The notes beneath the pieces were generated by a model. It made no database searches. It saw only the letters and a list, made by a program, of their open reading frames with translations, and was not told where the DNA came from. From a virus (taxonomy: Duplodnaviria; Caudoviricetes): DNA of 51,986 nucleotides. Positions 1 through 10,326 of the stretch are shown here, piece by piece (position 1 is the stretch's first letter; every line of letters starts with the position of its first letter). The translations under genes and the position numbers were made by a program. Where the stretch lies: the IMG/VR virus record IMGVR_UViG_3300036766_001779, positions 1-51,986 of that record; one strand, given 5' to 3'.

Positions 1-127
1 TTCTCCGCCGTGTTTGACCACCTTCATCGCAGCAGACTCTGTGATTACGAACGTCCTTTCGAAGGCTTGGACGACCAAAAACACGAGTTCTGCTCCTGAG
101 GGATGGGGAAAATGAGCTATTTTCAGG
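1..127. repeat. Terminal direct repeat (127 bp), identical to 51860-51986; circular-assembly overlap
   Basis: Sequence ttctccgccg...tttcagg is identical at both ends. 127 is a common assembler k-mer size, and an ORF crosses the junction in frame. Confidence 0.95.
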
Positions 128-321
128 CTTGCCTTCTTTCCGAATGTCTTCGCGAACGTCTCCGCCAAGCAGTCAAACAGACGCTGAAACCGTGTCGCCA
201 CTGGCACTATTTTTGCCGTTGCAGCACCCTTGAGGTCGCCCTTCTGTCCAAAGCGAAGTATAGTCGGCTGCTCCTTCACGTCGCTGTCGAAACTGCAGCT
301 ATAGTCCATGTTTTGTTCCAC
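1..321 (-). CDS. 5' part of a hypothetical protein spanning the circular junction (continues 51859->51581, ~199 aa)
   Basis: GTG at 321 with AAGGAG 7 nt upstream. The frame is open (VEQNMDYSCSF...GAELVFLVVQAFER) and joins ORF 51581..51943. Confidence 0.75.
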   Translation of the reverse strand, partial: MEQNMDYSCSFDSDVKEQPTILRFGQKGDLKGAATAKIVPVATRFQRLFDCLAETFAKTFGKKASLKIAHFPHPSGAELVFLVVQAFERTFVITESAAMKVVKHGGE

Positions 322-339
322 TGCTGTGCTCCTTTCGTG

Positions 340-576
340 CTAAGAGTCCATGTATTCGACGGTTTTCTTGTACGCTTGTGAATCCTTCTGTTTCGTTTCC
401 TCCAGCCAGCCGATGAGCCAGTCCAAGTATTCTTCGCCGTCATGTTCCGCAGCTATTTGGTCCAGCGTACGGCCTCTGTATTTCCCGAACGGCATTACGA
501 ACGAGCCCGGCTTTGCCGCTGCTGCTGCGACTGGCTTTTTCTTCCAGAGATTAGCTGTGTTTTTGTCGGGTTGCAT
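340..576 (-). CDS. DUF3820/exonuclease X C-terminal-like small protein
   Basis: MPFGKYRGRTLDQI...EYLDWL motif. Confidence 0.7.
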   Translation of the reverse strand: MQPDKNTANLWKKKPVAAAAAKPGSFVMPFGKYRGRTLDQIAAEHDGEEYLDWLIGWLEETKQKDSQAYKKTVEYMDS

Positions 577-578
577 GT

Positions 579-1004
579 TTATCGTGTTTCCTTAGCCGGA
601 CTTTGCAATTCTTTTACAGCTGTTTCCAACTCTGTAATGAACTTTTGGTCCGCAGCTACATCCATACAGTGGCCGTCACAATTGGATTCTGGGCCACACG
701 TGTGATTCGGATATGGCTGCTCGGCAAAATGCCGCGCCATCACGAGCGACTGCTGCAATAATTCAAGTATTTGCTGCGGTCCATGTTGGTCTCCTTTCGA
801 TTCAGCATAATCCTTTGGCACTGCATCCGTATTGTGAGTGCCGGAATCCAGTTCGTGCAGTGTGGCCTTTAACGATTCCAGATGCTGCTCCTTCTCGTAC
901 GAACAGCCCGATTCTTCGTAATCGTCCTTCGCTTGGTCAACCAGCTGCTCCAGAGCGACACGTAAAGTCGCCACTGTTTCTTCGGAAATTAAGAGCCATT
1001 TCAT
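579..1004 (-). CDS. Hypothetical protein
   Basis: ATG 1004 after GGAGG; packed between its neighbours. Confidence 0.6.
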   Translation of the reverse strand: MKWLLISEETVATLRVALEQLVDQAKDDYEESGCSYEKEQHLESLKATLHELDSGTHNTDAVPKDYAESKGDQHGPQQILELLQQSLVMARHFAEQPYPNHTCGPESNCDGHCMDVAADQKFITELETAVKELQSPAKETR

Positions 1005-1006
1005 TA

Positions 1007-1348
1007 TTAGCCTCCTTTGTTCAGATTGACAAGATGAATGTCCTGCGTCTCCCACAGGTGAAAACAGTGCTGATGCACGTTCACGTAGAATTCTTTTGGC
1101 GGAAGACACATCACCATAAATGCCTCCGCTGACAAGAATCTGTATCTGGCCTCTGTAATGTCCTCCCAGCTTGGATTTGTGGATGGGCTTGAAATACTGA
1201 GATGCCAACGGCCCGCATCCTGCGAAACAAGCACTGTCAGTTCACGGCCTGTGCGCGGATTTGTGCCCTCAAAACAACGGGCGTTCGCTGCAGGAAAGTC
1301 CGGCGGCAAACGCTGTTCAACCCACTTGTATTTGCTGCTATCCGGCAT
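1007..1348 (-). CDS. Conserved phage protein (DUF7694-like)
   Basis: WHLSIS...PSWEDI...PPKEFYVNVHQHCFHLW signature; AAGGAG RBS. Confidence 0.7.
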   Translation of the reverse strand: MPDSSKYKWVEQRLPPDFPAANARCFEGTNPRTGRELTVLVSQDAGRWHLSISSPSTNPSWEDITEARYRFLSAEAFMVMCLPPKEFYVNVHQHCFHLWETQDIHLVNLNKGG

Positions 1349-1376
1349 TCTCAATTGCTCCTTTCATTTTCTCGTG

Positions 1377-1694
1377 CTAAAAGATGTGGCGCGTGGTGTC
1401 CGCCAACTGTGTTGCTTGTGGCGACGTCCGTTTGATGTTGAGGAACACTGCGAACATCGTCACCGAACGGTAAGTCAGATGTGTTTCTCGCGCAATAATT
1501 TTCACGCCCTGAACGTCCGTGCCGACGGCTGACCGCATTTTTGCTGCGAAATGCTCTGCTCTCGCTACGTCAAAGCCAGTCAGCCACTTGTATGTCCAGC
1601 TGCACTTGAGATGATTCTTCCAGTCCCACTTGCGGCCGATTGCCCTCGCTGCTTCTACTGCGACCTTGTGTGGATTGCTGCGTTTTGTCTTCAT
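1377..1694 (-). CDS. Hypothetical protein
   Basis: ATG with AAGGAG RBS. Confidence 0.6.
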   Translation of the reverse strand: MKTKRSNPHKVAVEAARAIGRKWDWKNHLKCSWTYKWLTGFDVARAEHFAAKMRSAVGTDVQGVKIIARETHLTYRSVTMFAVFLNIKRTSPQATQLADTTRHIF

Positions 1695-1756
1695 TGCTTT
1701 GCTCCTTTAACGGTTTTTAGTTCTCATCCTACACTGTATACACTATATCGCCTTTC

Positions 1757-2458
1757 TCACTCTATGGGCACACCATTTTCTCTTTTTTTGCGATTTTCTC
1801 GATATTTTTTACGGTTGTAACTTGCTTTGCCTGCAGCAATTACATCCTTCATCGTCAAATTTTCCAAAAATTTTGCACCTTTACGAATTTTTCTTTCCTC
1901 TCTCTCCAATTCCTTTTTTCGCTGTTTTGTCAGCGTGTTCTGCTTGCGACGGCGATATCGCAGCTGTTTTGCCCGTTGAATGGCATCCAAAATGCGTGCA
2001 AATTGCTCCTGAGTGTCGTTGTAATACTGCTTAGCTTCTGGATTTCTCTTGCGATTTTTCTCGCGACAATAACGGCGGTTGCACTCGCCACACATACGCG
2101 CATTCCAATATTTGGAAAAGGACTTTATTGGCTGCAGAGTGTTACAGTACGGGCACAGGGTCACTGCGTTCGGATACAAATACAGCTTGTTGCCATGCCA
2201 CTCGCCTGCTGCAGGCTGCACGTTAATGAATAAGTCGTCAATGCACGACTTGCAGTATTTTTCTGCAGCACGAGTCTCGAGTGGAATTTCGTCACCGCGT
2301 TCTCTATGCTCGGGAATAAAGACGTTCATCTCAGATGTTATACCTTTTCCTAAACGACAATTTAAGCACGTGTATTCCCGCCGACGTTTTTGATTCCGCA
2401 TAACTTCCTTTCGAATTTTTATTTCCCAGTTCGTTAATTTTTTAACAAATTTTGCCAT
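1757..2458 (-). CDS. Basic Cys-rich (four CxxC) putative Zn-finger DNA-binding protein
   Basis: CLNC, CKSC, CPYC, CGEC; K/R-rich C-terminus; AAGGAG RBS. Confidence 0.65.
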   Translation of the reverse strand: MAKFVKKLTNWEIKIRKEVMRNQKRRREYTCLNCRLGKGITSEMNVFIPEHRERGDEIPLETRAAEKYCKSCIDDLFINVQPAAGEWHGNKLYLYPNAVTLCPYCNTLQPIKSFSKYWNARMCGECNRRYCREKNRKRNPEAKQYYNDTQEQFARILDAIQRAKQLRYRRRKQNTLTKQRKKELEREERKIRKGAKFLENLTMKDVIAAGKASYNRKKYRENRKKRENGVPIE

Positions 2459-2490
2459 TTTTTTCTCCTTTTCAAAACTCTGTTCCTACA

Positions 2491-2613
2491 GTGGAGTTGT
2501 GAAGTATTTTACCAAAACGGCGGTTTAGAATCGACTCAAAAATTTGCTGAAAAATTGACTTTTTTGTGGACTTATTCAAAAACGCGATTTAGTAAAAAAC
2601 TACACAACTCCAC
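2491..2613. repeat. Inverted repeat, 22-bp arms (20/22 match), 79-bp spacer
   Basis: gtggagttgtgaagtattttac (2491-2512) vs gtaaaaaactacacaactccac (2592-2613). Confidence 0.8.
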
Positions 2614-2731
2614 ATGTCCACACCGTTTTTTGCGGTTTTTAAATTTGCGAAAAAATCGCTGCTAACTGCCTGATTTTTCCTTAAGTTATAGCCCAAAAAT
2701 CGAGCATGTGGACGGATTGATGAATTAACTG

Positions 2732-2778
<47 letters not shown>

Positions 2779-3214
2779 AGCTGTTTTTTGTGTGCATGAA
2801 AAATGATGAGTTCTCTCAACCGCTTTGAGAAAAGCTCTATAGCCCTTTTAAAAAATTCCCCGACAACTGTCACATGCATTTCCTTTTTTTGTTTGTGCTA
2901 CTTTCGTGTATCGAAATCGTGATGTTCTTGTTGAAAATTCACCAGCTCTTTTTTTCCTAATGGCTTTGTGCACATTTGTTTTTCTTCTAATGGTTTTGCA
3001 TTGCTCATTTTTCTGCACGCCGAGCGAGATGATTATTTTTATTTTGTCAATTTTATTCTTCGTTTGGACCTAAAACTGTTTTCGCCGCACGAGAGATTTG
3101 TGTAGCTGGAGTCATTTTGAAAATTGTACATTTATTTTAGGTTTTTACGAAGCCTGTGTGTACGGGCTCGTGCTAACGTAAAGTTTACACAGCTACACAG
3201 TAAGGAGACACACA

Positions 3215-3853
3215 ATGGTGGCACGAAAGAAGAATCGTGCATACACTAAGCCGAGAGCTGCCACACAGCAGACAGGAGCGGCAGCAATACGCCGGTCGAG
3301 AGCACGTAACACGTTCCGCTCGAGAATTCGCCACAAGCTGCAGGACAAAGTTGGTCCGCGTGTGGCAGGTGGGCGCTGGAAGAACTCCACCTACTTCGAA
3401 GCTGTAGTGGACGCCTTGCTTGAAGGGCCTCTCAATCGCGACGATGCCAAGATGCTGCTGGAAGTCGTGAAGTACTACGAGCCAGCTGAGCTGGAAGGCC
3501 GCATACGCCTCGCCAAGAAACGCATCAAAGCACTCGTGCTAGGCCGCATCTTGCCGCTGATTGAGAAGTACGTTCCCGACGACCAGAAAGGCAATTTTGC
3601 TGCAGACTTGGACGAGCTCAGCTTTTATTCACGTGCAGGAATTGCAACAACTGGTGGTTCTATCGGCGTAAAAGAGATGATGAGAAAGACTTGCGGAGGC
3701 GAAGATATCTCTACGCCAAGACCTGAAAGCACTGCTTCTCGCAGTGCAATACGTGCAGCACATGAATCACTTGTGGCTGACGATGACGATATCATCGACG
3801 ACGATGCCGACTTGGATGACGAAGAAGAAGTAGACCCCGATATTGATACTTGA
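3215..3853 (+). CDS. Putative terminase small subunit
   Basis: Directly upstream of TerL; basic N-terminus, acidic tail; AAGGAG RBS. Positional call. Confidence 0.55.
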   Translation: MVARKKNRAYTKPRAATQQTGAAAIRRSRARNTFRSRIRHKLQDKVGPRVAGGRWKNSTYFEAVVDALLEGPLNRDDAKMLLEVVKYYEPAELEGRIRLAKKRIKALVLGRILPLIEKYVPDDQKGNFAADLDELSFYSRAGIATTGGSIGVKEMMRKTCGGEDISTPRPESTASRSAIRAAHESLVADDDDIIDDDADLDDEEEVDPDIDT

Positions 3854-3942
3854 TGCACGGAATAAATGTTGCAACTGTAACGGTCTGATACAGTATAGTG
3901 CCTTGTTGTTTGTCGATTTTACATCCTAAAGGGTCGAGTCAA

Positions 3943-5454
3943 ATGGTGGATGGCTTCGGATTCAGTGGCTCGTACACGGACCTTGCACGTATTGTCCGCA
4001 GTATGAAAACAAAGCGTCAGCAATCTGCTTCGGAGTTCGACCCAAAGATTTACGGCATTACGCTCTATCCAGCCCAGCTTGAAATGCTTAAAGCAGTTGA
4101 AAAGCTAGTTGACCATGACCGTGATGGCACGTTGTGCATTCGGGCTTCGCGGCAAACAGGAAAGAACGAAGTGGCAGCCCTGTGCCAAGTCCGTTATTTG
4201 CAGCGCTATGCTGGAGCGGGCGGCAACTGGATTCGCTGTGCTCCTACATGGAAACCGCAAATTGTTAACAGCATACGACGTTTGGAAAAGTATCTCTTCA
4301 GACGTCTTGTAGCCAATTGGAGAGGACGTTATGGCTACATTGTGGAATCCGGCCGTGCGAACTTATACTTTCTGTCTGCAGACAAGTCCGCGAACGTAGT
4401 TGGCGCCACTGCAGACGTTTGTTTGGACCTGGACGAAGCGCAGGATATTGACGTCGAGACATTCGACCAAAAGATAGCGCCATTCACTGCGAGTACAAAC
4501 GCTCCCACTCTTATGTGGGGCGTCGCAGGATTCAAGAGCGATTTGCTGTATCAATATCGTCAAGATAATCTAAAAGCTGGCCGCAAGAAGATGAACTTGG
4601 ACTATCCCTGCGATGTATTTATGGAACTAAACCCAGCTTATGCTAAGCACGTGCAAAGCAGAATTGACCGTCTGGGAGAAGACCATTTCATTATTAAAAC
4701 ACAGTACAAATTAGAGGACGTTGACAAAGTAGGCCACTTTTTGAATCGCAGGCAGATTGAGTCCATTCTCGAGTCCGCACACACTCGTCGCAGCAAACCA
4801 AACTTCCAGTTGCCCGTCATAATGGTCATTGACGTTGCAGGTATGCACGAAGAAGGCGAAGTGACAGACCCTGACGATATGTCCTCAGGCGGCAGGGACA
4901 GCACAGTGGCGTACATTGTAGAAGTGGACTACTCGCCTGCAGCAATGCGCTATCAATGGCCGCAGTGCAGAATTCTCGATATCGTTTGGTGGACAGGAAA
5001 GAAGTATGCCGAAGACACGCACGGCATTGAAGGTCAACAGGAGCTGCTGCTAAAGATGGCTCAGCGCTGGATGCCATTGAAGATTGTAGTGGACGCTCGT
5101 GGCTTGGGCGAGCAGCTTGCGGCTTATTTGAATGACCGATTTCTGAATGTCGATATGTACAAAGCGTCGCCTGATAGTGTGTGCGATGATGTGTTTTCGC
5201 TTCTTGGTTTAATCAACAACGGACAAGTACGCGTGTTTCGAAACGACTTGTCGCAGGAATATAAGGAGTTCGTTGCACAGTTAGGTGCTGTGGACTATAA
5301 GGTTGTCAACGGCAAGGTGAGCTTGAAAAAGCCCGTCGGCGGCACTACACGGCACATTGACTTTGTAAAGACTCTCTCGTATATTCCACGTGCGATAAAG
5401 GACCTTTCGGAAGGCGTTGGCTTGACCACTACAGTAGGAGATAATCCGCTATGA
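3943..5454 (+). CDS. terL: Terminase large subunit
   Basis: RASRQTGKN Walker A, LDLDEAQD Walker B, VIDVAG RNase H-like Asp, IVVDARGLG. Confidence 0.9.
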   Translation: MVDGFGFSGSYTDLARIVRSMKTKRQQSASEFDPKIYGITLYPAQLEMLKAVEKLVDHDRDGTLCIRASRQTGKNEVAALCQVRYLQRYAGAGGNWIRCAPTWKPQIVNSIRRLEKYLFRRLVANWRGRYGYIVESGRANLYFLSADKSANVVGATADVCLDLDEAQDIDVETFDQKIAPFTASTNAPTLMWGVAGFKSDLLYQYRQDNLKAGRKKMNLDYPCDVFMELNPAYAKHVQSRIDRLGEDHFIIKTQYKLEDVDKVGHFLNRRQIESILESAHTRRSKPNFQLPVIMVIDVAGMHEEGEVTDPDDMSSGGRDSTVAYIVEVDYSPAAMRYQWPQCRILDIVWWTGKKYAEDTHGIEGQQELLLKMAQRWMPLKIVVDARGLGEQLAAYLNDRFLNVDMYKASPDSVCDDVFSLLGLINNGQVRVFRNDLSQEYKEFVAQLGAVDYKVVNGKVSLKKPVGGTTRHIDFVKTLSYIPRAIKDLSEGVGLTTTVGDNPL

Positions 5455-7265
5455 CAATGCTTCCGCAGAACAAAGACCGTGGACCAGGCAATCCATCGTC
5501 CTTCCCTGTTGTCGCAGTGATTAACCCTGCAAATGTTATTGCTGGCGGTGCAGCAAGCGTTGGCACGTATAACGAGCTGATTAAAACTCGTCATCCGCAG
5601 TGGATTGCACAGCACAGCAACTGGGAAAAGTACAGGCTCACGTACGAGAGCGGCGACCCGTTCATCAAGACATATCTCAAGCGCTACAAGCGCGAGACGG
5701 ATGAAGATTTTAACTGGCGCTTGTTCTTGGCGTACAACCCGAATCACGCTGGCGCTATTGTGGATAATGTCCGTAATGCCCTTGCAGTGAAAATGCCTGA
5801 TGTCGCGCGCGAAGGCTCGGAAACATACTTGGATATTATCCGCTATAACGTGGACCGCAAAGGCTCCAGTATGTCCGCCTTTGTGGCAACGCAACTGCTT
5901 CCTGACTTGTTGTCGCTTGGCGGAGTGGGCGTCTGGATAGATGCTCCAGCAAAAGCGGCTAACGAAACTGCTGCGGACGATGCCGAAAAGACACCATTTC
6001 TGTTTGTCGTCCATCGGGAGAATATGTTGTCGTGGACAAAATGTCCTGAAAGCGGCCATCTGCTTACAATCCTGATAAAGGAGTGGATGCCAAGCATCGA
6101 TAAGTACGGCCTTACGAGCGGGCTGACGGTGCGCTATCGCTACGCCCAGCTTCTTCCAAATAACGGCGGTGTACGTGTAGTGTTGCTGGACAAGATTGGC
6201 ACCGTTGTGAGTGATGTCACGTTGGTGCTGCCTTGTATTCCGTACGTGTTCTTCGAAATCGCTCAGCCGTTGATGACCGACATCGCCAACATGCAAGTGG
6301 CTCTGCTGAATCTTAATTCGGAAGACACATCGTTCCTGTGTGCTGCGAACTTTCCAATTTGGACTCAGCAGTATGACCCGAAAATGGATATGCGGGAAAA
6401 ATACACGCAGCTGGCACACGATGGTTCGGTCGAATCCGCTAAGGATTTGAAGCTGCTGATGGCGTTGAACGAGCAAGTGCACAGTCATCAAAGAGGCATT
6501 AAGTACGCAGTAGGCACAGAACGTCCGTCGTGGATTTCACCCAGCTCTGCCAACGTTGAAATTTCGATTAAAAAGCAGGAGCGAATGATTCAGGATATGC
6601 GATTGATTACGCAGACGGCCTTGACATCCTTGAGTGTATCAGCCCTGCAGCAATCGGGTGCATCAAAAGAAGCAGACCGTATTGGCGAAGAAGCTGCGTT
6701 GGCGTACATCGCTAGCGTGCTGGAATCGGGCGAGAACTCCATTGCGGAAATCATGGCCAGTCTAATGGGCGATGACCCGACGCAAACAGGCATCACATAT
6801 CCTCGCACATTCAATGTGCATACGGATTCGGAAGTCCGTGCAGAAGCAAAGGAGTTATCCACACTACGAAGTCAAGTCCAGTCGGCAACGTACTACAAAA
6901 CGATGAGCAAAGCCATTGCCCGTACGCTGTTGAACGGCAAAGCCACGCCCGAAGAGTTGACCAGTATTGAAAAGGAAATTGACGAGCTGAAATACTGGGA
7001 CACAGACATAGAGCGGGCAAAGACGCTCGTCCAGTACGTGCTTAACAAGCTAGTCACAGCACAAACGGCCAGCAAATTGGCCGGCTTTGGACCTGAAGAA
7101 GCTGTGGCGGCCTTACAGCAGCAGAATGAAGACGTGAACAGAATGCTGGGCAACATCGCTAACGGTGGCGCTCCAGTGGACGTCAACACTGCTGAACAGG
7201 CTGCAGCGGACCTTGAAGCGGAAGGCCAAACGCCTAACACTGACGCAGCGCCTATTACGGAGTAA
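5451..7265 (+). CDS. Portal protein
   Basis: 604 aa after TerL (ATGA overlap); YLKRYKRETDEDFNWRL and SGASKEAD motifs typical of siphovirus portals. Confidence 0.85.
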   Translation: MTMLPQNKDRGPGNPSSFPVVAVINPANVIAGGAASVGTYNELIKTRHPQWIAQHSNWEKYRLTYESGDPFIKTYLKRYKRETDEDFNWRLFLAYNPNHAGAIVDNVRNALAVKMPDVAREGSETYLDIIRYNVDRKGSSMSAFVATQLLPDLLSLGGVGVWIDAPAKAANETAADDAEKTPFLFVVHRENMLSWTKCPESGHLLTILIKEWMPSIDKYGLTSGLTVRYRYAQLLPNNGGVRVVLLDKIGTVVSDVTLVLPCIPYVFFEIAQPLMTDIANMQVALLNLNSEDTSFLCAANFPIWTQQYDPKMDMREKYTQLAHDGSVESAKDLKLLMALNEQVHSHQRGIKYAVGTERPSWISPSSANVEISIKKQERMIQDMRLITQTALTSLSVSALQQSGASKEADRIGEEAALAYIASVLESGENSIAEIMASLMGDDPTQTGITYPRTFNVHTDSEVRAEAKELSTLRSQVQSATYYKTMSKAIARTLLNGKATPEELTSIEKEIDELKYWDTDIERAKTLVQYVLNKLVTAQTASKLAGFGPEEAVAALQQQNEDVNRMLGNIANGGAPVDVNTAEQAAADLEAEGQTPNTDAAPITE

Positions 7266-7269
7266 AACC

Positions 7270-7629
7270 ATGAGCGACATCAACGATGATGTGCGTGATG
7301 ACTTCATCCGCACGTTGCGGATAATTGCTACAGCTATTCACACAACAGCCGCCGACAAGGGCTTCTGGCGTGACGAAAGTCGCCGCAACAAGGGTGAGAT
7401 GATTGCCCTTATGCATAGCGAACTTTCGGAAGCGCTGGAAGCCCAGCGGCACGGCAATCCGCCAGACGAACACTGCCCCACATTCAGCTCGGTCGAAATC
7501 GAAATGGCCGATTTGCTCATCCGTGTAATGGATTACGCACACGGATTCGATTTGCGGCTGGCGGAGGCAGTGCTGGCAAAGATGATGTATAACGAAGGAC
7601 GGCCGCCGTTACACGGCAAGGAGTTCTAA
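7270..7629 (+). CDS. MazG-like NTP pyrophosphohydrolase
   Basis: IALMHSELSEALEA...EIEMADLLIRVMD...KMMYNEGRPPLHGKEF. Confidence 0.85.
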   Translation: MSDINDDVRDDFIRTLRIIATAIHTTAADKGFWRDESRRNKGEMIALMHSELSEALEAQRHGNPPDEHCPTFSSVEIEMADLLIRVMDYAHGFDLRLAEAVLAKMMYNEGRPPLHGKEF

Positions 7630-9800
7630 TGGCTTCGTTGCGAGACTTCGAGCCAAATAAGTTCGCACGTATGCTTATGCAGCGGCGTTTGATGGCTATA
7701 GTTGAGCCATCAGAACAGGAACGGGCTGTCTTGCGGGAAATGCTGCGCTACAGAGACCGCGCTCTCGAGCAGATTAATCTGCTGAAAAACTTCACGAACG
7801 AAGAAAAGAATATGGTTATGTCCGTTTCGGCGCAGCAGCGATTAACGGAAATCGAAGTCTCGCTTGCAAAAGAATCAGAAAAGTATGCAAAAAGCATGGT
7901 CCGGTCGGTGAAATCCGCCAAAGAAGCGTACTGGGGGCGGGGTCAGGACGATGTTTTAGTGTCATTAGAAGCTGCAAACGTAGCAAATATCAATTATACA
8001 CAGTTTCCTGAAGCAGCTGTCAAAGCCATGATTTCCAAACCAGTATTGGGCTCTGACCCAAACGAAGTATTCAAAGGAGTGTTCAGCGACACAACAAAAG
8101 TAATTCAAAACGACTTGACGCAGGGCATGGTGGGCGGCGAGAGCTTCTTTGACATGCATCGCCGTCTGCGGGACGACTTAAATATGGAAGCTGCCCAAGC
8201 GATGAGAATTACAAGAACAAATGTGGTCGCTGCATACAATGAAGGTTCCGTTGCAGCATACGATGAAAATGCTGATATCATTGCAGGCTATGAGTGGTGC
8301 TCCGTGCTGGATTCTCACACGAGCCGTATATGTGCAGCACTTCACAAGCAACGTATTAAACTAGGCGAGACATTCCCTGGTGGCTTTACAGCTCCTCCAG
8401 CACATCCAAATTGTCGCTCCACAACAATACCGATATTCTATAACGACGATATGAATAAGGAACTGGACAAAGCACACAAGTCAGCAAAAGAGGAGTACGT
8501 GACGCCTGAAGGTATTATAAAGAATCGTAATGTGGAGCTGGACTTCGATGTGGAATACGAGAAGTGGCTAAAGGACCAGCCTGAACTTACGCAGGAGAAT
8601 GTGCTGGGTTCTCGTTATAAATTTGAAAAATGGAAAGAGGATGAAATCACAATTCCGGACGTGCTGCGAAACGATATGTCGACAAAGACAGACGAAGAAG
8701 TTAAGCAGATGCTGGAAGAACGTGGCATAAGTTCTCCAGTTACCATAACGGCTCCTCCGCCTGTTGAATCGACGCCAATGTCTGACGTAACGGGCGAGCC
8801 AAATATTGAAACACAGCCTGAGCCAGTTGTTTCAAATACGCCTCCTCCTGCAGCAACAGATGAATACGAAATGGAAGTGCAGCGTATTGAAAACATGCAA
8901 GCAGGTTCTACTGAGCAGATAACGGCAATTATGCACATGGATTCGGAGTATATCAGCAACTTGACTTCGTCGCAGGCTGAGCGTTTATATGAAATTGCAA
9001 ACGCGAACGTAGCAACAACTCCGCAACTTCGAGACGTTCATCATTTGTTAGTACGGCAAACGTCCGTCGAAGCAAACCGTATTGGCAACAGAGTCTTTTC
9101 GTCGCCGTGGATGGACGGCCCTACTGTAGATTTGTCTAAGATTGACCAGCCTGTGCCACAGTTCACGAAGGTGAAGGACCTCAACAAGTATATGGAAAAA
9201 CTGATACCGGGCGTGAAGGTAAAACTCAACGGCTTGGATTTGGATGCAGCGACAGCTTATTCAGAGGAGCTGCGAAAACAAGTTGCCGCACGGCCAGAGT
9301 TGTTTACTACCTTCGTCACTTTCGACACAGTTAAAGACGAAGCGTATTATGCAATGGTGTGGGGCGGGTCAAGTATGCATATAAATGCGAGTAAAATGGG
9401 CAAGCTCACAGACCTTGAGGCACGTTTGAAGCGTGATGTTGCTGCGAAATTCCATCCGATTGGCGCTGAAAAAGCTGTGTCCGTCGTTACGCACGAGTCT
9501 GCCCATCTAATGGATGCCGGCATAATGTCAAACGAGCCTGCAGCTCACGTTAGTAAAGCTCGCAGCGACTTTAAAATGGACCTTGAGAAGTGGAAAACAA
9601 AGTACAAAAAGGATGCAGCTAAAATTAGTAAGTATGCTGCGACAAACAGAGAAGAGTTATATGCAGAAGCGTTCACATCACTGCAGTTCACGCCCGAGCA
9701 GCTGCAGCATGAATCCGTTAAGGAATTGAAAAAGTTGTTTGACAAGCACACAGTAAAAATTCGCAAGGCCTATTTGGGTCGATTTTACAAGGACGGATAA
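7629..9800 (+). CDS. MuF/SPP1 gp7-like minor head protein with a C-terminal zincin metallopeptidase-like extension
   Basis: RITRTN, WCSVLDSHTSRIC and PPAHPNCRS (MuF); Pro-rich linker; HESAH (HExxH) followed by SKYAATNREELYAEAF. Confidence 0.85.
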   Translation: MASLRDFEPNKFARMLMQRRLMAIVEPSEQERAVLREMLRYRDRALEQINLLKNFTNEEKNMVMSVSAQQRLTEIEVSLAKESEKYAKSMVRSVKSAKEAYWGRGQDDVLVSLEAANVANINYTQFPEAAVKAMISKPVLGSDPNEVFKGVFSDTTKVIQNDLTQGMVGGESFFDMHRRLRDDLNMEAAQAMRITRTNVVAAYNEGSVAAYDENADIIAGYEWCSVLDSHTSRICAALHKQRIKLGETFPGGFTAPPAHPNCRSTTIPIFYNDDMNKELDKAHKSAKEEYVTPEGIIKNRNVELDFDVEYEKWLKDQPELTQENVLGSRYKFEKWKEDEITIPDVLRNDMSTKTDEEVKQMLEERGISSPVTITAPPPVESTPMSDVTGEPNIETQPEPVVSNTPPPAATDEYEMEVQRIENMQAGSTEQITAIMHMDSEYISNLTSSQAERLYEIANANVATTPQLRDVHHLLVRQTSVEANRIGNRVFSSPWMDGPTVDLSKIDQPVPQFTKVKDLNKYMEKLIPGVKVKLNGLDLDAATAYSEELRKQVAARPELFTTFVTFDTVKDEAYYAMVWGGSSMHINASKMGKLTDLEARLKRDVAAKFHPIGAEKAVSVVTHESAHLMDAGIMSNEPAAHVSKARSDFKMDLEKWKTKYKKDAAKISKYAATNREELYAEAFTSLQFTPEQLQHESVKELKKLFDKHTVKIRKAYLGRFYKDG

Positions 9801-9802
9801 AC

Positions 9803-10015
9803 ATGGTTACATATCCTGCACCCGACTGTTGTTTCTGTAAGCATTTCAAGGACTGGGATGAAAAAGAAGAAGTCTTTACTTGTGCCGCTTTTCCAAAGGG
9901 CATTCCGAAAGTCATTTGGCTTGAAGGTCGCAAACATGACAGGCCTTATACTGGCGATAATGGAATTCGTTTTGCAAGTGCTGTGACCCAGCCAAAAAGT
10001 GTTAATCCGGCCTAG
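9803..10015 (+). CDS. Small Cys/His protein after MuF; putative immunity/partner protein
   Basis: CxxCKH...CAAFPKGIP...H...GDNGIRF motif, which I recall as commonly found downstream of extended MuF genes. Confidence 0.65.
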   Translation: MVTYPAPDCCFCKHFKDWDEKEEVFTCAAFPKGIPKVIWLEGRKHDRPYTGDNGIRFASAVTQPKSVNPA

Positions 10016-10016
10016 T

Positions 10017-10180
10017 GTGTACCATTTTGGTCACTCAGCTAAATCCAGCCAACTTTTGTGACTTCAAATCATCCTTGTAGGACCGTGAAATCACCGCCTA
10101 GAATCGATTTTAAGGCGTGTTTACGGGTCGACCCCGTAATTTATGCATCCCACCATCAAAATCGTTTAAATCGAGTTTCG
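10017..10180 (+). repeat. Dispersed ~165-bp element, copy A
   Basis: Begins gtaccattttggtcac; shares taggaccgtgaaat with copy D, and ggcgtgttt/gaccccg at identical offsets with copy C. Confidence 0.75.
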
Positions 10181-10326
10181 AGTTAGGTGGATATTAGGGT
10201 GCAATGTACGACATTCAACTGCACAAAAAACTTGAATAGCATCACGTTTTCATCATTGTATTTGTCTAACGCTGTGTGTAGTTTTAAGTTAGCGTGTTTC
10301 TAAGTGTTGATGATTGGAGAAGAAAT

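Noticed and set aside
1-127. 127-bp terminal repeat as a biological DTR
   Set aside because: The length matches a common assembly k-mer and it falls inside a gene; best read as a circularisation overlap.
5295-6491. 398-aa antisense ORF
   Set aside because: Shadow of the terL end and portal gene; no RBS or motifs.
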